Part shown: one piece after another, positions 56,254 through 64,000 of the stretch
How the letters are laid out: each line of letters starts with the position of its first letter
Numbering within the stretch: the stretch's first letter is position 1
Assembly (NCBI GenBank): GCA_043810775.1
Contig: JBDRNU010000015.1
Span: 52,555 to 116,554, forward strand
DNA length: 64,000 nt
Reading direction: 5' to 3'
From: an archaeon
Lineage (GTDB): Archaea > Nanobdellota > Nanobdellia > Pacearchaeales > GW2011-AR1
Notes under the pieces: model-generated
Seen by the model: the letters and a program-made list of their open reading frames with translations, nothing else
What the model was told of the DNA's origin: nothing
Database searches by the model: none
Translations under genes and position numbers: made by a program

Positions 56254-58092
56254 ATGAAAAAAGTAGGTGTATTAATAGTATTATTTATCTTAATTTTATC
56301 TATAGTAGTTGTCCTAGCTCAAGATAATACGACTGCTAATGATGACTCAAATGATGATACATTTGCAACTGCAGGTGATGAGTTAGATTTAGCTTATTCT
56401 TGTCTTAAAAATGAAGTTAAAGATAAATGCTCATCTCTAAGTGTAGAAGAGCAAGTTTTTTCTTTGCTAGCTTTATCATATGACTCTGGCATACAAAAAG
56501 AGTGCAAAGATGACTTAAGAGATAATGAAGATGCAAATCACTGCTGGCCTAAAGGAAGCTGTAGATTAAGAGACACTTCACTTGCAATTCTAGCTCTTGA
56601 TAATATAAACTCAGATATAGAAGAATCAAAAGAATGGTTGCTTGACCATAAAAAAGTCGCAGATGATTTAACCTGGTTTTTAGAAATTGATACAGGAGAA
56701 GAGTCTACCTGTAAAATAAGTTATACTGGTCGTGATTATACTCTAACCATTAAATCTGACAAAAAAATCAGTTCAAGTGCAGGAGACTGTTTAGCCCTTT
56801 CAATGAATAGTTACTGGCTGAAAATAGATTCTGACTGCATAGAAACAAATTTTACAATATCTTGTAACAAAGACTTTATCTCAACACTTCTTTATAAAAA
56901 ATCAATTTCAGATACTTATTATGTCTCAAGCCAGACAGAGACAGCAACAGCTGAAGGAGAAACTGAGCATAGAGTAGAGTCTTACTGTTTTGAGCAGTCT
57001 GGAGATTGTAACTATGAAGGTAGTTTATGGGCCACTTTTGCTCTATCAAAAACAGGTGAAGATATTTCAGGACTTCTCCCATATCTTATCTCCTTTGCAG
57101 AAGGCAATGGAAAATATAATCCTCATGCATTCCTATATATCTTAACTGGATACAATGAATATATGACTTCACTAGGTGGGCTTCAAAATAGTGAAGGGTT
57201 CTGGAATCTAGATTCACCATATGGGAAGTTTTATGATACATCACTCTCTGTTTTATCTATCCCAAATTCAGTTTATTCTACTACTGCAAAGACTTCTCTT
57301 CTTGATACACAAGGTACAGATGGCTGCTGGCAAAATTCAGTTAGAGATACAGCTTTTATATTATATGCTGGCTGGGGAAAAGAACCAGTTGTTGTAACAG
57401 GGGTAGATATAGACTACTGCACTGATTTCGATTATTACTGTATAACTGAAGGGGAGTGTACAGATGTAGAAGGAAACAAGTTATCTAATTATTATTGTTC
57501 TGGAGTTAGTAAGATTTGTTGTGATGAGCCTGCAAGCGAAGAATCCTGTTCAGAACAATCTGGAGAAGTATGTACTTCAGATGAGGAATGTAAAGGCTCA
57601 TATGTCACCTCACTTGATACTTCTTATTGTTGCTTAGCTGGTTGTCAGGCAAAGCAAGAAAATGCATGTGAAGATGCAGGTAATAATTGTAGAGTGTCTT
57701 GTCAGGACAATGAAGATGTTTTAAGTTATACTTGTGAAGACGCAAATGATTTTTGTTGCGGCTTAAAATCTAGCCCAGAACCAAGTTACTGGTGGATTTG
57801 GTTATTAGTAATACTAATTATATTAGTTATAATTGCAATTATTTTTAGAGATAAATTTAAAATATTCTTATATAGTCTAAAGACTAAGTTCAAAAAAGGA
57901 GGAGGAAAAGGCTCAGAGCAAAGACGTCCTCCATTCCCACCAGGCCCAAGGCCAATGGGAGGGCCTTTTCAAAGGCCCATGCCTCCTAGAAAAATGCCTT
58001 TAAGAGCCCCTATGCAAAGGCCAGTTTCAAAGAAAATTGAAGACAAAGAACTTGATGAAACTTTAAAGAAACTAAAAGAAATTAGTAAGTAA
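56254..58092 (+). CDS. secreted Cys-rich protein with prenyltransferase/terpene-cyclase-like repeats, C-terminal TM and Pro-rich cytoplasmic tail
   Basis: 612 aa. Signal peptide; repeats of the form [DE]G.W...DT[SA].[AS][IL]L[AS] (DGCWQ...RDTAFILYAGW; EGFW...DTSLSVLSI). The C-terminus has a CC-dyad Cys-rich region, SYWWIWLLVILIILVIIAIIF, and a PPFPPGPRPMGGPF tail. Confidence 0.55.
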   Translation: MKKVGVLIVLFILILSIVVVLAQDNTTANDDSNDDTFATAGDELDLAYSCLKNEVKDKCSSLSVEEQVFSLLALSYDSGIQKECKDDLRDNEDANHCWPKGSCRLRDTSLAILALDNINSDIEESKEWLLDHKKVADDLTWFLEIDTGEESTCKISYTGRDYTLTIKSDKKISSSAGDCLALSMNSYWLKIDSDCIETNFTISCNKDFISTLLYKKSISDTYYVSSQTETATAEGETEHRVESYCFEQSGDCNYEGSLWATFALSKTGEDISGLLPYLISFAEGNGKYNPHAFLYILTGYNEYMTSLGGLQNSEGFWNLDSPYGKFYDTSLSVLSIPNSVYSTTAKTSLLDTQGTDGCWQNSVRDTAFILYAGWGKEPVVVTGVDIDYCTDFDYYCITEGECTDVEGNKLSNYYCSGVSKICCDEPASEESCSEQSGEVCTSDEECKGSYVTSLDTSYCCLAGCQAKQENACEDAGNNCRVSCQDNEDVLSYTCEDANDFCCGLKSSPEPSYWWIWLLVILIILVIIAIIFRDKFKIFLYSLKTKFKKGGGKGSEQRRPPFPPGPRPMGGPFQRPMPPRKMPLRAPMQRPVSKKIEDKELDETLKKLKEISK

Positions 58093-58166
58093 ACTTTATT
58101 AATGCTTATTCTCTTAATATTAAAGAATTAAAATATTAAATTTAAAGAGACTATATATTTTAGTAT

Positions 58167-59450
58167 ATGGTTTCAATTTATGAAATGAAAAAATGGGTGA
58201 TAATCCTGCTATTGCTTTTACCTTTAGTATCAGCTATAAGCACAGATATCAAAGAAGTTTACGAGCCTGGCGAAACTTTAATTACTATAATTGAGGGGAA
58301 TTTTATAGATCCTATAACTATATCAGATATCTCGTTTATTTCTGCAAGAAAGTCAGTTCCAATGATTTATGATTTAGGAAAGTTTAGGGATAAATATTAT
58401 TTATATTCCCTTCTCCCTTATGAAGAAAAGAATTATACTCTTGTTATAAGAGATGCTCATTATTTTGAGTTGGGTGAAAGGCAGGAAGATATAAATATAA
58501 ATTTCTCAGTTAAAGGAAACTTGACTAAATTTCAAGTTAGCCCCGGATTTATAATAACAGATAAGAGCTTTAAAATATCTATTGAATCAATATCAGAATC
58601 AGTGCAAGCAACTGTTGATTTTGAAGATAGTTCAAAATCAGTTTCTGTTCCTTTGGGGCAAAAAAAGGAAGTTGAATTGTCAGTAGAAGGCTTAGAAAAT
58701 GAGACAGAAACTTTTGTCAAAGTATCTGCAAATGGTCAAAGCTACGAAGTTCCAGTAATAATTTTTGCTCAAGGTGGAATTAATAATCAGAATTATGAAA
58801 AGTTTATTTTTTCTACAGGAGAAATCTCTATGTCTATTTTAATTAACCAGCAAAATGAAACAAATTTATCTTTGATTAACATTGGAGATTTGCCAATTAG
58901 TAATATATCTCTTATCGCTGATAAGGAGCTAGAAAATGTGCTGACAATTCAACCAGAGCAAATATCTTATCTTGATGTAGATGAAGAAAAAGAAATAAAA
59001 TTAATATTCTCTTCACTTGAAGAAGGATACTATATTGGAAATCTTCAAGCTATAGCTGGAAATTTAACAACTTCCTTATCACTAAATATTTATTTTACAA
59101 AAAACGAATCCACTATTCTTCCTCCACCCCCTCCTCCAAACAATAATTCAGATGGTTGTTATGATCTTGGAGGATATATCTGTGCTGAAAACCAAGAGTG
59201 TGATGGAAGTTTACTTTTATCTTCAGATGGGGAATGCTGTATAGGAATCTGCAAAGACAAAAAAAGCTATACTAGCACTATAGTTGCTATAATTTTAATT
59301 TTAGTTGTTGTAGGAATAATTGGATTTTCAGTTTATAAATCAAAAAAAGGAAAGCCTAAATCATCAAGACAGCTTATTGAGAAAAGCCAAAGTGAGTTTG
59401 AAGATAGATTTAAGCCCACTGAGGCAAAAGGGTCGCTATCAAGAATCTAA
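58167..59450 (+). CDS. secreted protein with C-terminal Cys knot and TM anchor
   Basis: 427 aa; signal peptide, PPPPPPNNNSDGCYDLGGYICAENQECDGS...GECCIGICK, then TIVAIILILVVVGIIGF and a basic tail. Confidence 0.5.
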   Translation: MVSIYEMKKWVIILLLLLPLVSAISTDIKEVYEPGETLITIIEGNFIDPITISDISFISARKSVPMIYDLGKFRDKYYLYSLLPYEEKNYTLVIRDAHYFELGERQEDININFSVKGNLTKFQVSPGFIITDKSFKISIESISESVQATVDFEDSSKSVSVPLGQKKEVELSVEGLENETETFVKVSANGQSYEVPVIIFAQGGINNQNYEKFIFSTGEISMSILINQQNETNLSLINIGDLPISNISLIADKELENVLTIQPEQISYLDVDEEKEIKLIFSSLEEGYYIGNLQAIAGNLTTSLSLNIYFTKNESTILPPPPPPNNNSDGCYDLGGYICAENQECDGSLLLSSDGECCIGICKDKKSYTSTIVAIILILVVVGIIGFSVYKSKKGKPKSSRQLIEKSQSEFEDRFKPTEAKGSLSRI

Positions 59451-59917
59451 TTTTTTTTCTTAGATTTTGCCTTGCTTTTCTTCTTAGTATTCTTTTCTTT
59501 TTCTGCAAGAACACCAGATTCAGCCAATTTATTTTTAATTATATTATTCTCTATTGTAAGTCTTTTAGCTATCTCATCATACTGATGCAATCTTCTAGCC
59601 AATTCATTGAATAAGGTGCTAAAATCATGATTCTTCATTTTTATCTCTTCAGGAGTTATAATTTCTAGATGAGAGGGCATATAAACAAAAGAGATTACTA
59701 AGACAGCATTAAAATCATCTGCTTCAATTTCTAAATCTGCAAAGCATGAGAAAATATTCTTTTCATCTATTTCTTTTGGCTCACTGATTTTCCTTTCAAT
59801 TATCTTAATTCCTTTTTCATTTTCAAGCCTATCAACTAGCTTAATCAGGGTTTCTTTTAAGTAATCTTTTGGCCTCCCCAGCATTTCTAGTATAATAGCT
59901 GCTCTTATTTTAGTCAT
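59447..59917 (-). CDS. hypothetical protein
   Basis: 156 aa, cytoplasmic; overlaps the LTD gene by 4 nt. Confidence 0.3.
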   Translation of the reverse strand: MTKIRAAIILEMLGRPKDYLKETLIKLVDRLENEKGIKIIERKISEPKEIDEKNIFSCFADLEIEADDFNAVLVISFVYMPSHLEIITPEEIKMKNHDFSTLFNELARRLHQYDEIAKRLTIENNIIKNKLAESGVLAEKEKNTKKKSKAKSKKKN

Positions 59918-60939
59918 CTTTTCTTAATTAAAAGGAATATAATAAAGAGAACACAAAAAAGTGCAAATCCATATATAGAGTATTCTTTTATATTCCAATT
60001 TCTCGATTTATAATAATAATCAGTTTTTATATCTTTCGTAGTATTAGCAGAATTCAGATGAATAACCTCTTCTTCAAACTCTTCTTCTTGTTCATCTTGA
60101 CTTGTTAAGACAGTTTTATTTTCACTTGTTTTTCTTGCTTTAATCTTAATTTCTGTGCTATTTTCCCATGTTTTTCCATCTCTTAACTTAACTACTAATT
60201 TAACATCACCTTCAAAATCTTGGTGGTCTTCATCTAGCCTTAAAATAAAATCTTTTAATTTATCTTCATTGCCTTTAATTGTATTTTCCAAATAATAATA
60301 TGAAGACTTCCAATTGTCACTACTTTCATCATAAATTTCAGAAATTGTATCTTCTTCATCATCTAAATATATTTTTATGTCATAATCTTTGTCTTGAAGA
60401 TTGTAAAATTTTACTTCCAAGTCAATTTCCTCATCTTGGTAAAATTTATCATCTATTATAATTTCAAGATAAATTTCTTCAGTTAAGTTGCCATCTTCTT
60501 GTGTTTCATTGTTTTGTTGTTGATTGCATAAATTCTCAGTGCCTCTAGTTGAAATATCCAGCATCCAATTTCCATTGCAGTACTGCCAGCTTCTATTATC
60601 ATTATAACTATCACTTATTACATTAGTCTGGGATACTAGTTCTGTTCCATTATAAAGAAAAAGCTGTTCATTATTATTGTTTAAAGAAATACTTGGTTCA
60701 ATTACAAGATAACCAGAAAAACTGCCTTCAAGTTCCATAGTATTATTGTCCTTATCTACTAGTTTCCAGCCTTGCAAATCAATATTAGCTTCAGAATATA
60801 ATTCAACCCATTCTGTGCAGTCATTACAGTTATCATTGGGATTTAAATCAACTTCATTTATCCTAATTGCAGAAATAAAAGGCAAAATTAAAATTAGTAC
60901 TATTCCCAGACACCAGGTATTTTTTCCCCGCAAGGGCAT
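59914..60939 (-). CDS. lamin-tail-domain (LTD) surface protein with C-terminal TM anchor
   Basis: 341 aa; signal peptide; CNDCTEWVELYSEANIDLQGWKL is an LTD signature; C-terminus SIYGFALFCVLFIIFLLIKKR. Confidence 0.5.
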   Translation of the reverse strand: MPLRGKNTWCLGIVLILILPFISAIRINEVDLNPNDNCNDCTEWVELYSEANIDLQGWKLVDKDNNTMELEGSFSGYLVIEPSISLNNNNEQLFLYNGTELVSQTNVISDSYNDNRSWQYCNGNWMLDISTRGTENLCNQQQNNETQEDGNLTEEIYLEIIIDDKFYQDEEIDLEVKFYNLQDKDYDIKIYLDDEEDTISEIYDESSDNWKSSYYYLENTIKGNEDKLKDFILRLDEDHQDFEGDVKLVVKLRDGKTWENSTEIKIKARKTSENKTVLTSQDEQEEEFEEEVIHLNSANTTKDIKTDYYYKSRNWNIKEYSIYGFALFCVLFIIFLLIKKR

Positions 60940-61898
60940 TTTCCATTTATAATCTTATTTTCTATTATTGTGAAACTATCTCTTTTAATTACTGCTTTTC
61001 TGCATTTTGGGCAGAAAGTTGTCGAGCCTTCTTCATCTCTTAAATTCCCAGTATATACATAGTGTAATCCTGCTTTTAGTGCAAGTTTTCTTGCTTTTAT
61101 TAATATTTGTATGCTGGTAGGCAATTTATCAAGTATTTTATATACAGGATAAAAAGCTGAAAAATGCAAAGGCACATTTTCTCCAAGATTCTTCTTTATC
61201 CACAAAATAAGTTTTTTAATCTCTTCTTCAGTATCATTTTCTCCTGGAATTAGCAAGCAAGTTAGCTCAATCCAGACTCCTGCTTTATGCATTGTTTTTA
61301 TTGCTTCTAGTATAGGATTTAGTCTGGCGCCGCAAATTTTTTTGTAAAAATCATCTGATATTGACTTCAAATCAATATTGCTTCCATCTAAATAATTACA
61401 TAATTTTTTCAGTGGTTCCTGATTTATGAAGCCATTAGTTATTGTAGTATTTTTCATCTTGTTTTTTCTTGCTAATCTTGCTATATCAAGCATGTATTCA
61501 TAAAATATAGTTGGTTCAGTGTAAGTGTAAGAAATTATCTTTGAATTTTCTTTTATTGCTGTTTTTATCACAGCTTCTGGTTTTATTTCTTTTCCAGTAA
61601 TCTCCTCACTTTGTGAAATTTCATAATTCTGGCAGTGGCTACAAGATAAATTGCAGCCAACTGTAGCTATACTTAAAGTTTTCTTGCCTGGAAGAAAATG
61701 ATATAGTGGCTTTTTTTCAATAGGGTCTATAGAAATGCTGCAAGGTTTATTATAAGTAAGAGAAAATAGTTTCCCTTTAATATTTTGCCTTACTTTGCAC
61801 TTACCTTTTTCCATATCTTTTAACGTGCAGAAATGAGGGCACAACTGGCACTGAACTATATTTTCTTTTGCTTGCTTCCAGTATAAAGCGAGTTTCAT
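60900..61898 (-). CDS. radical SAM enzyme, AmmeMemoRadiSam / PflA-like activase family
   Basis: 332 aa. N-terminal CQLCPHFC...C auxiliary cluster motif, then GCNLSCSHCQN, a CX3CX2C motif. Confidence 0.6.
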   Translation of the reverse strand: MKLALYWKQAKENIVQCQLCPHFCTLKDMEKGKCKVRQNIKGKLFSLTYNKPCSISIDPIEKKPLYHFLPGKKTLSIATVGCNLSCSHCQNYEISQSEEITGKEIKPEAVIKTAIKENSKIISYTYTEPTIFYEYMLDIARLARKNKMKNTTITNGFINQEPLKKLCNYLDGSNIDLKSISDDFYKKICGARLNPILEAIKTMHKAGVWIELTCLLIPGENDTEEEIKKLILWIKKNLGENVPLHFSAFYPVYKILDKLPTSIQILIKARKLALKAGLHYVYTGNLRDEEGSTTFCPKCRKAVIKRDSFTIIENKIINGKCPCGEKIPGVWE

Positions 61899-61945
61899 AT
61901 TATAGTTAGGATTAAGGTAAATTTAAATATTCTCATAATGTAAAA

Positions 61946-62677
61946 TTATTTCATACAAATTTCTTTTGTATATTCTTTGCAGTGAGAGGCTGCATTTGAG
62001 ACTGTAGCCCTATATTTTTTCTCCAGATTTTTTACACCCTCTTCTAAACTTTCTATGCAATTACCTCTTGTTAAATTACAGCTAGTGCATACTCCCTGGG
62101 ACATATATCTAGCCCAATTTTCATAATCAAATCCAGGTCCATTTAAGCTTAATCCCACTATTGTGCTTGCAAAATCCAAAGCATCTTTAGAATAAATATG
62201 AGTTTTACTAGCACCTCTTCTTATTTTTAGCGCAATATTTAATTCATGTGGGATAGTATTTACTACTCCTTGGCTTGTTTTTACTTCAAGCCCTTCAGCA
62301 AAAACCTCTTTTGAAATATCATAACCTTTAACTCCATCATGAAATAATGCTATAGTAATTCCATCTTTTACACTATAATAAGAACCCTCTCCAATATTAG
62401 GTATAATTAATGAAGCTGGTTTGATTTCATAAATTTTACTTAATTTTTGTAATCCTTGGTTATTAACTACAAAATCTAGATCATCACTTCTTTGCCTCAG
62501 CCTTTTATAACCTATTACTTCTGGTAAAACCATTCCTCCTCCAATCATTAGTATATTTCCACTAGAAAGGTTGCAAATACTACTTGCTAATCTTAAAAGC
62601 TCGCTTGCACTAAATTTATTTAAAGAAATATCTCTAGTTTTTGAGCTTCTACTACTTAGAAATGTTTGCTGGATCAT
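61946..62677 (-). CDS. hypothetical protein, possible nucleotidyltransferase fold
   Basis: 243 aa; IGGGMV...RSDDLDFVV resembles a G[GS]...D.D motif; C-terminal Cys pairs are present. Confidence 0.3.
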   Translation of the reverse strand: MIQQTFLSSRSSKTRDISLNKFSASELLRLASSICNLSSGNILMIGGGMVLPEVIGYKRLRQRSDDLDFVVNNQGLQKLSKIYEIKPASLIIPNIGEGSYYSVKDGITIALFHDGVKGYDISKEVFAEGLEVKTSQGVVNTIPHELNIALKIRRGASKTHIYSKDALDFASTIVGLSLNGPGFDYENWARYMSQGVCTSCNLTRGNCIESLEEGVKNLEKKYRATVSNAASHCKEYTKEICMK

Positions 62678-62754
62678 TTTTTCTAATAATTTGGAGAATT
62701 TATAAATCTAACTATACTAAAAAGATATATAAATCATTTTTTCTTAGTTAGTTT

Positions 62755-64000
62755 ATGGGAAGAATAGAAGAAATTCAAAAAGAGAGACAAAAGAAAGTCA
62801 ATGAATTACGCGAGCTGAAAATTGAGCCTTATCCTAGAAGATATGATAAGGAAAATCAAGCTTTAGAGTTACAAGAGAAATTTAAAAATTTAAAAGCCGG
62901 CACAAAAACTAAAAATCATGCAAATATTGCAGGTAGAGTTCTAGTAGTTAGAGATTTAGGAAAGTTAATTTTTGCAACACTTCAAGATGATTCAGGTAAA
63001 ATACAGATAATTTTGCAAGAAGGAGAAACTTCTAATAAAGAAATTAAATTATTTAAGAAATTTGTTGACTCAGGTGATTTTATCGGTGTTAAAGGCAAAA
63101 TAATTAAGACTAAAAGAGGAGAGCTAAGTATACTTGCAGAAAAAGTTCAATTACTATCTAAATCTATACTCCCTCTACCTGAAAAGTGGCACGGGCTCAA
63201 GGATGATGAAGAAAGATATAGGAAAAGATACCTAGAAATGATTGCACATCCAGAAGTTAAAGAAATGTTTATCAAAAAAGCTAAATTCTGGCACTCAATC
63301 AGAAATTTTTTGCTAGAAAAAGGATTTGTTGAAGTTGAAACACCAGTATTTGAAAATAAAACAGGAGGAGCAGACGCCGCACCTTTCGTCACACATCATA
63401 ATGCTCTGGATATTGATGTATACTTGAGGATTTCTATGGGTGAACTCTGGCAAAAAAGATTAATGGTAGCAGGATATGAAAAGACATTTGAAATAGGAAG
63501 GCAATTTAGAAATGAAGGAATAAGCCATGAACATCTTCAAGATTACTCTCAAATGGAATTTTATTGGGCTTATGCAGATTATAATAAAGCAATGGGGATA
63601 GTTGAAGAAATGTATAAGAAATTTACAAAAGATGTTCTTGGAAGCTACAAGTTTAAGGCAAGAGGGCATTCTATTGATATGAATAAAAAATGGAAGCGTG
63701 TAAAATATGTAGATGAAATTAAAAGACAGACTGGCATTGATATCTTTAAGGCAGATGAAAGCAAATTAAGAGCTGAACTTAAAAAAAGAAAAGTACAAAT
63801 AGAAGAATTTCAAGAAAGGGCAAGGCTAATTGATTATCTTTGGAAAGAATGCAGAAAAAATATAACTGGGCCTTGTTTCATAATTAACCCTCCAGTTGAA
63901 ATATGTCCTCTTGCCAAGAAAAATGAAAAAGACCCAAGAGTTGCTGATAGATTTTGGGTTTTAATAGCAGGTAGCGAGCTTGGAAATGGATATTCAGAGC
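62755..64000 (+). CDS. lysS: lysyl-tRNA synthetase class II, 5' partial (runs off window end)
   Basis: N-terminal OB domain (KIEPYPRRYD...) followed by class II motifs (GFVEVETP; FEIGRQFRNEGIS.HEH). No stop codon before the window end. Confidence 0.8.
   Translation, partial: MGRIEEIQKERQKKVNELRELKIEPYPRRYDKENQALELQEKFKNLKAGTKTKNHANIAGRVLVVRDLGKLIFATLQDDSGKIQIILQEGETSNKEIKLFKKFVDSGDFIGVKGKIIKTKRGELSILAEKVQLLSKSILPLPEKWHGLKDDEERYRKRYLEMIAHPEVKEMFIKKAKFWHSIRNFLLEKGFVEVETPVFENKTGGADAAPFVTHHNALDIDVYLRISMGELWQKRLMVAGYEKTFEIGRQFRNEGISHEHLQDYSQMEFYWAYADYNKAMGIVEEMYKKFTKDVLGSYKFKARGHSIDMNKKWKRVKYVDEIKRQTGIDIFKADESKLRAELKKRKVQIEEFQERARLIDYLWKECRKNITGPCFIINPPVEICPLAKKNEKDPRVADRFWVLIAGSELGNGYSE

Noticed and set aside
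63147-63669. Minus-strand ORFs (69-81 aa) inside the lysS region
   Set aside because: They are antisense to a clearly conserved class II aaRS reading frame.

Overview
AT-rich (about 30% GC by eye) archaeal chromosome segment. Gene content, compact overlapping genes and absent expected partners fit a small-genome DPANN-type archaeon (Pacearchaeota/Woesearchaeota-like); this is an inference, since no database search was possible.

- **1-12.9 kb:** a canonical, tightly packed archaeal ribosomal-protein operon (L3 to L15) ending in secY. It is followed by a DUF106/Oxa1-like insertase candidate and prefoldin alpha.
- **12.9-33.7 kb:** housekeeping genes. These include an eIF2B-like protein, a CPA2 antiporter, a large N-glycosylation-sequon-rich surface protein, tRNA-Ser with an intron, a ThyA-like gene, and L12e-L10-L1 on the minus strand. 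They also include two radical SAM enzymes, NUDIX, tRNA-Ala, an S2P protease, L40e, aIF5A, FKBP, ftsZ-secE-spt5-L11, tRNA-Pro, L37ae, rpoP, prefoldin beta, SepF-like and a truncated Dph2-like protein.
- **33.7-53.3 kb:** a cell-surface island. It holds a secreted acidic protein with a C-terminal anchor next to a minimal exosortase/archaeosortase-like membrane protein, then an S-layer-like gene with a long leader. It ends with a minus-strand cluster of six class-III-signal (type IV pilin-like) proteins interleaved with two paralogous giant (1216 and 1252 aa) cysteine-rich proteins with glycine-rich membrane cores. That cluster is arranged as a tandemly duplicated [pilin-like + giant] module and is the best candidate for an undescribed surface/adhesion system.
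- **53.3-64 kb:** PCNA, a PriS primase with a C-terminal extension overlapping a Cas4-like nuclease, a second surface-protein island (Cys-rich prenyltransferase-repeat protein, lamin-tail-domain protein), a lone AmmeMemoRadiSam-type radical SAM, and the 5' part of lysS.

No CRISPR array, transposase or rRNA was seen.
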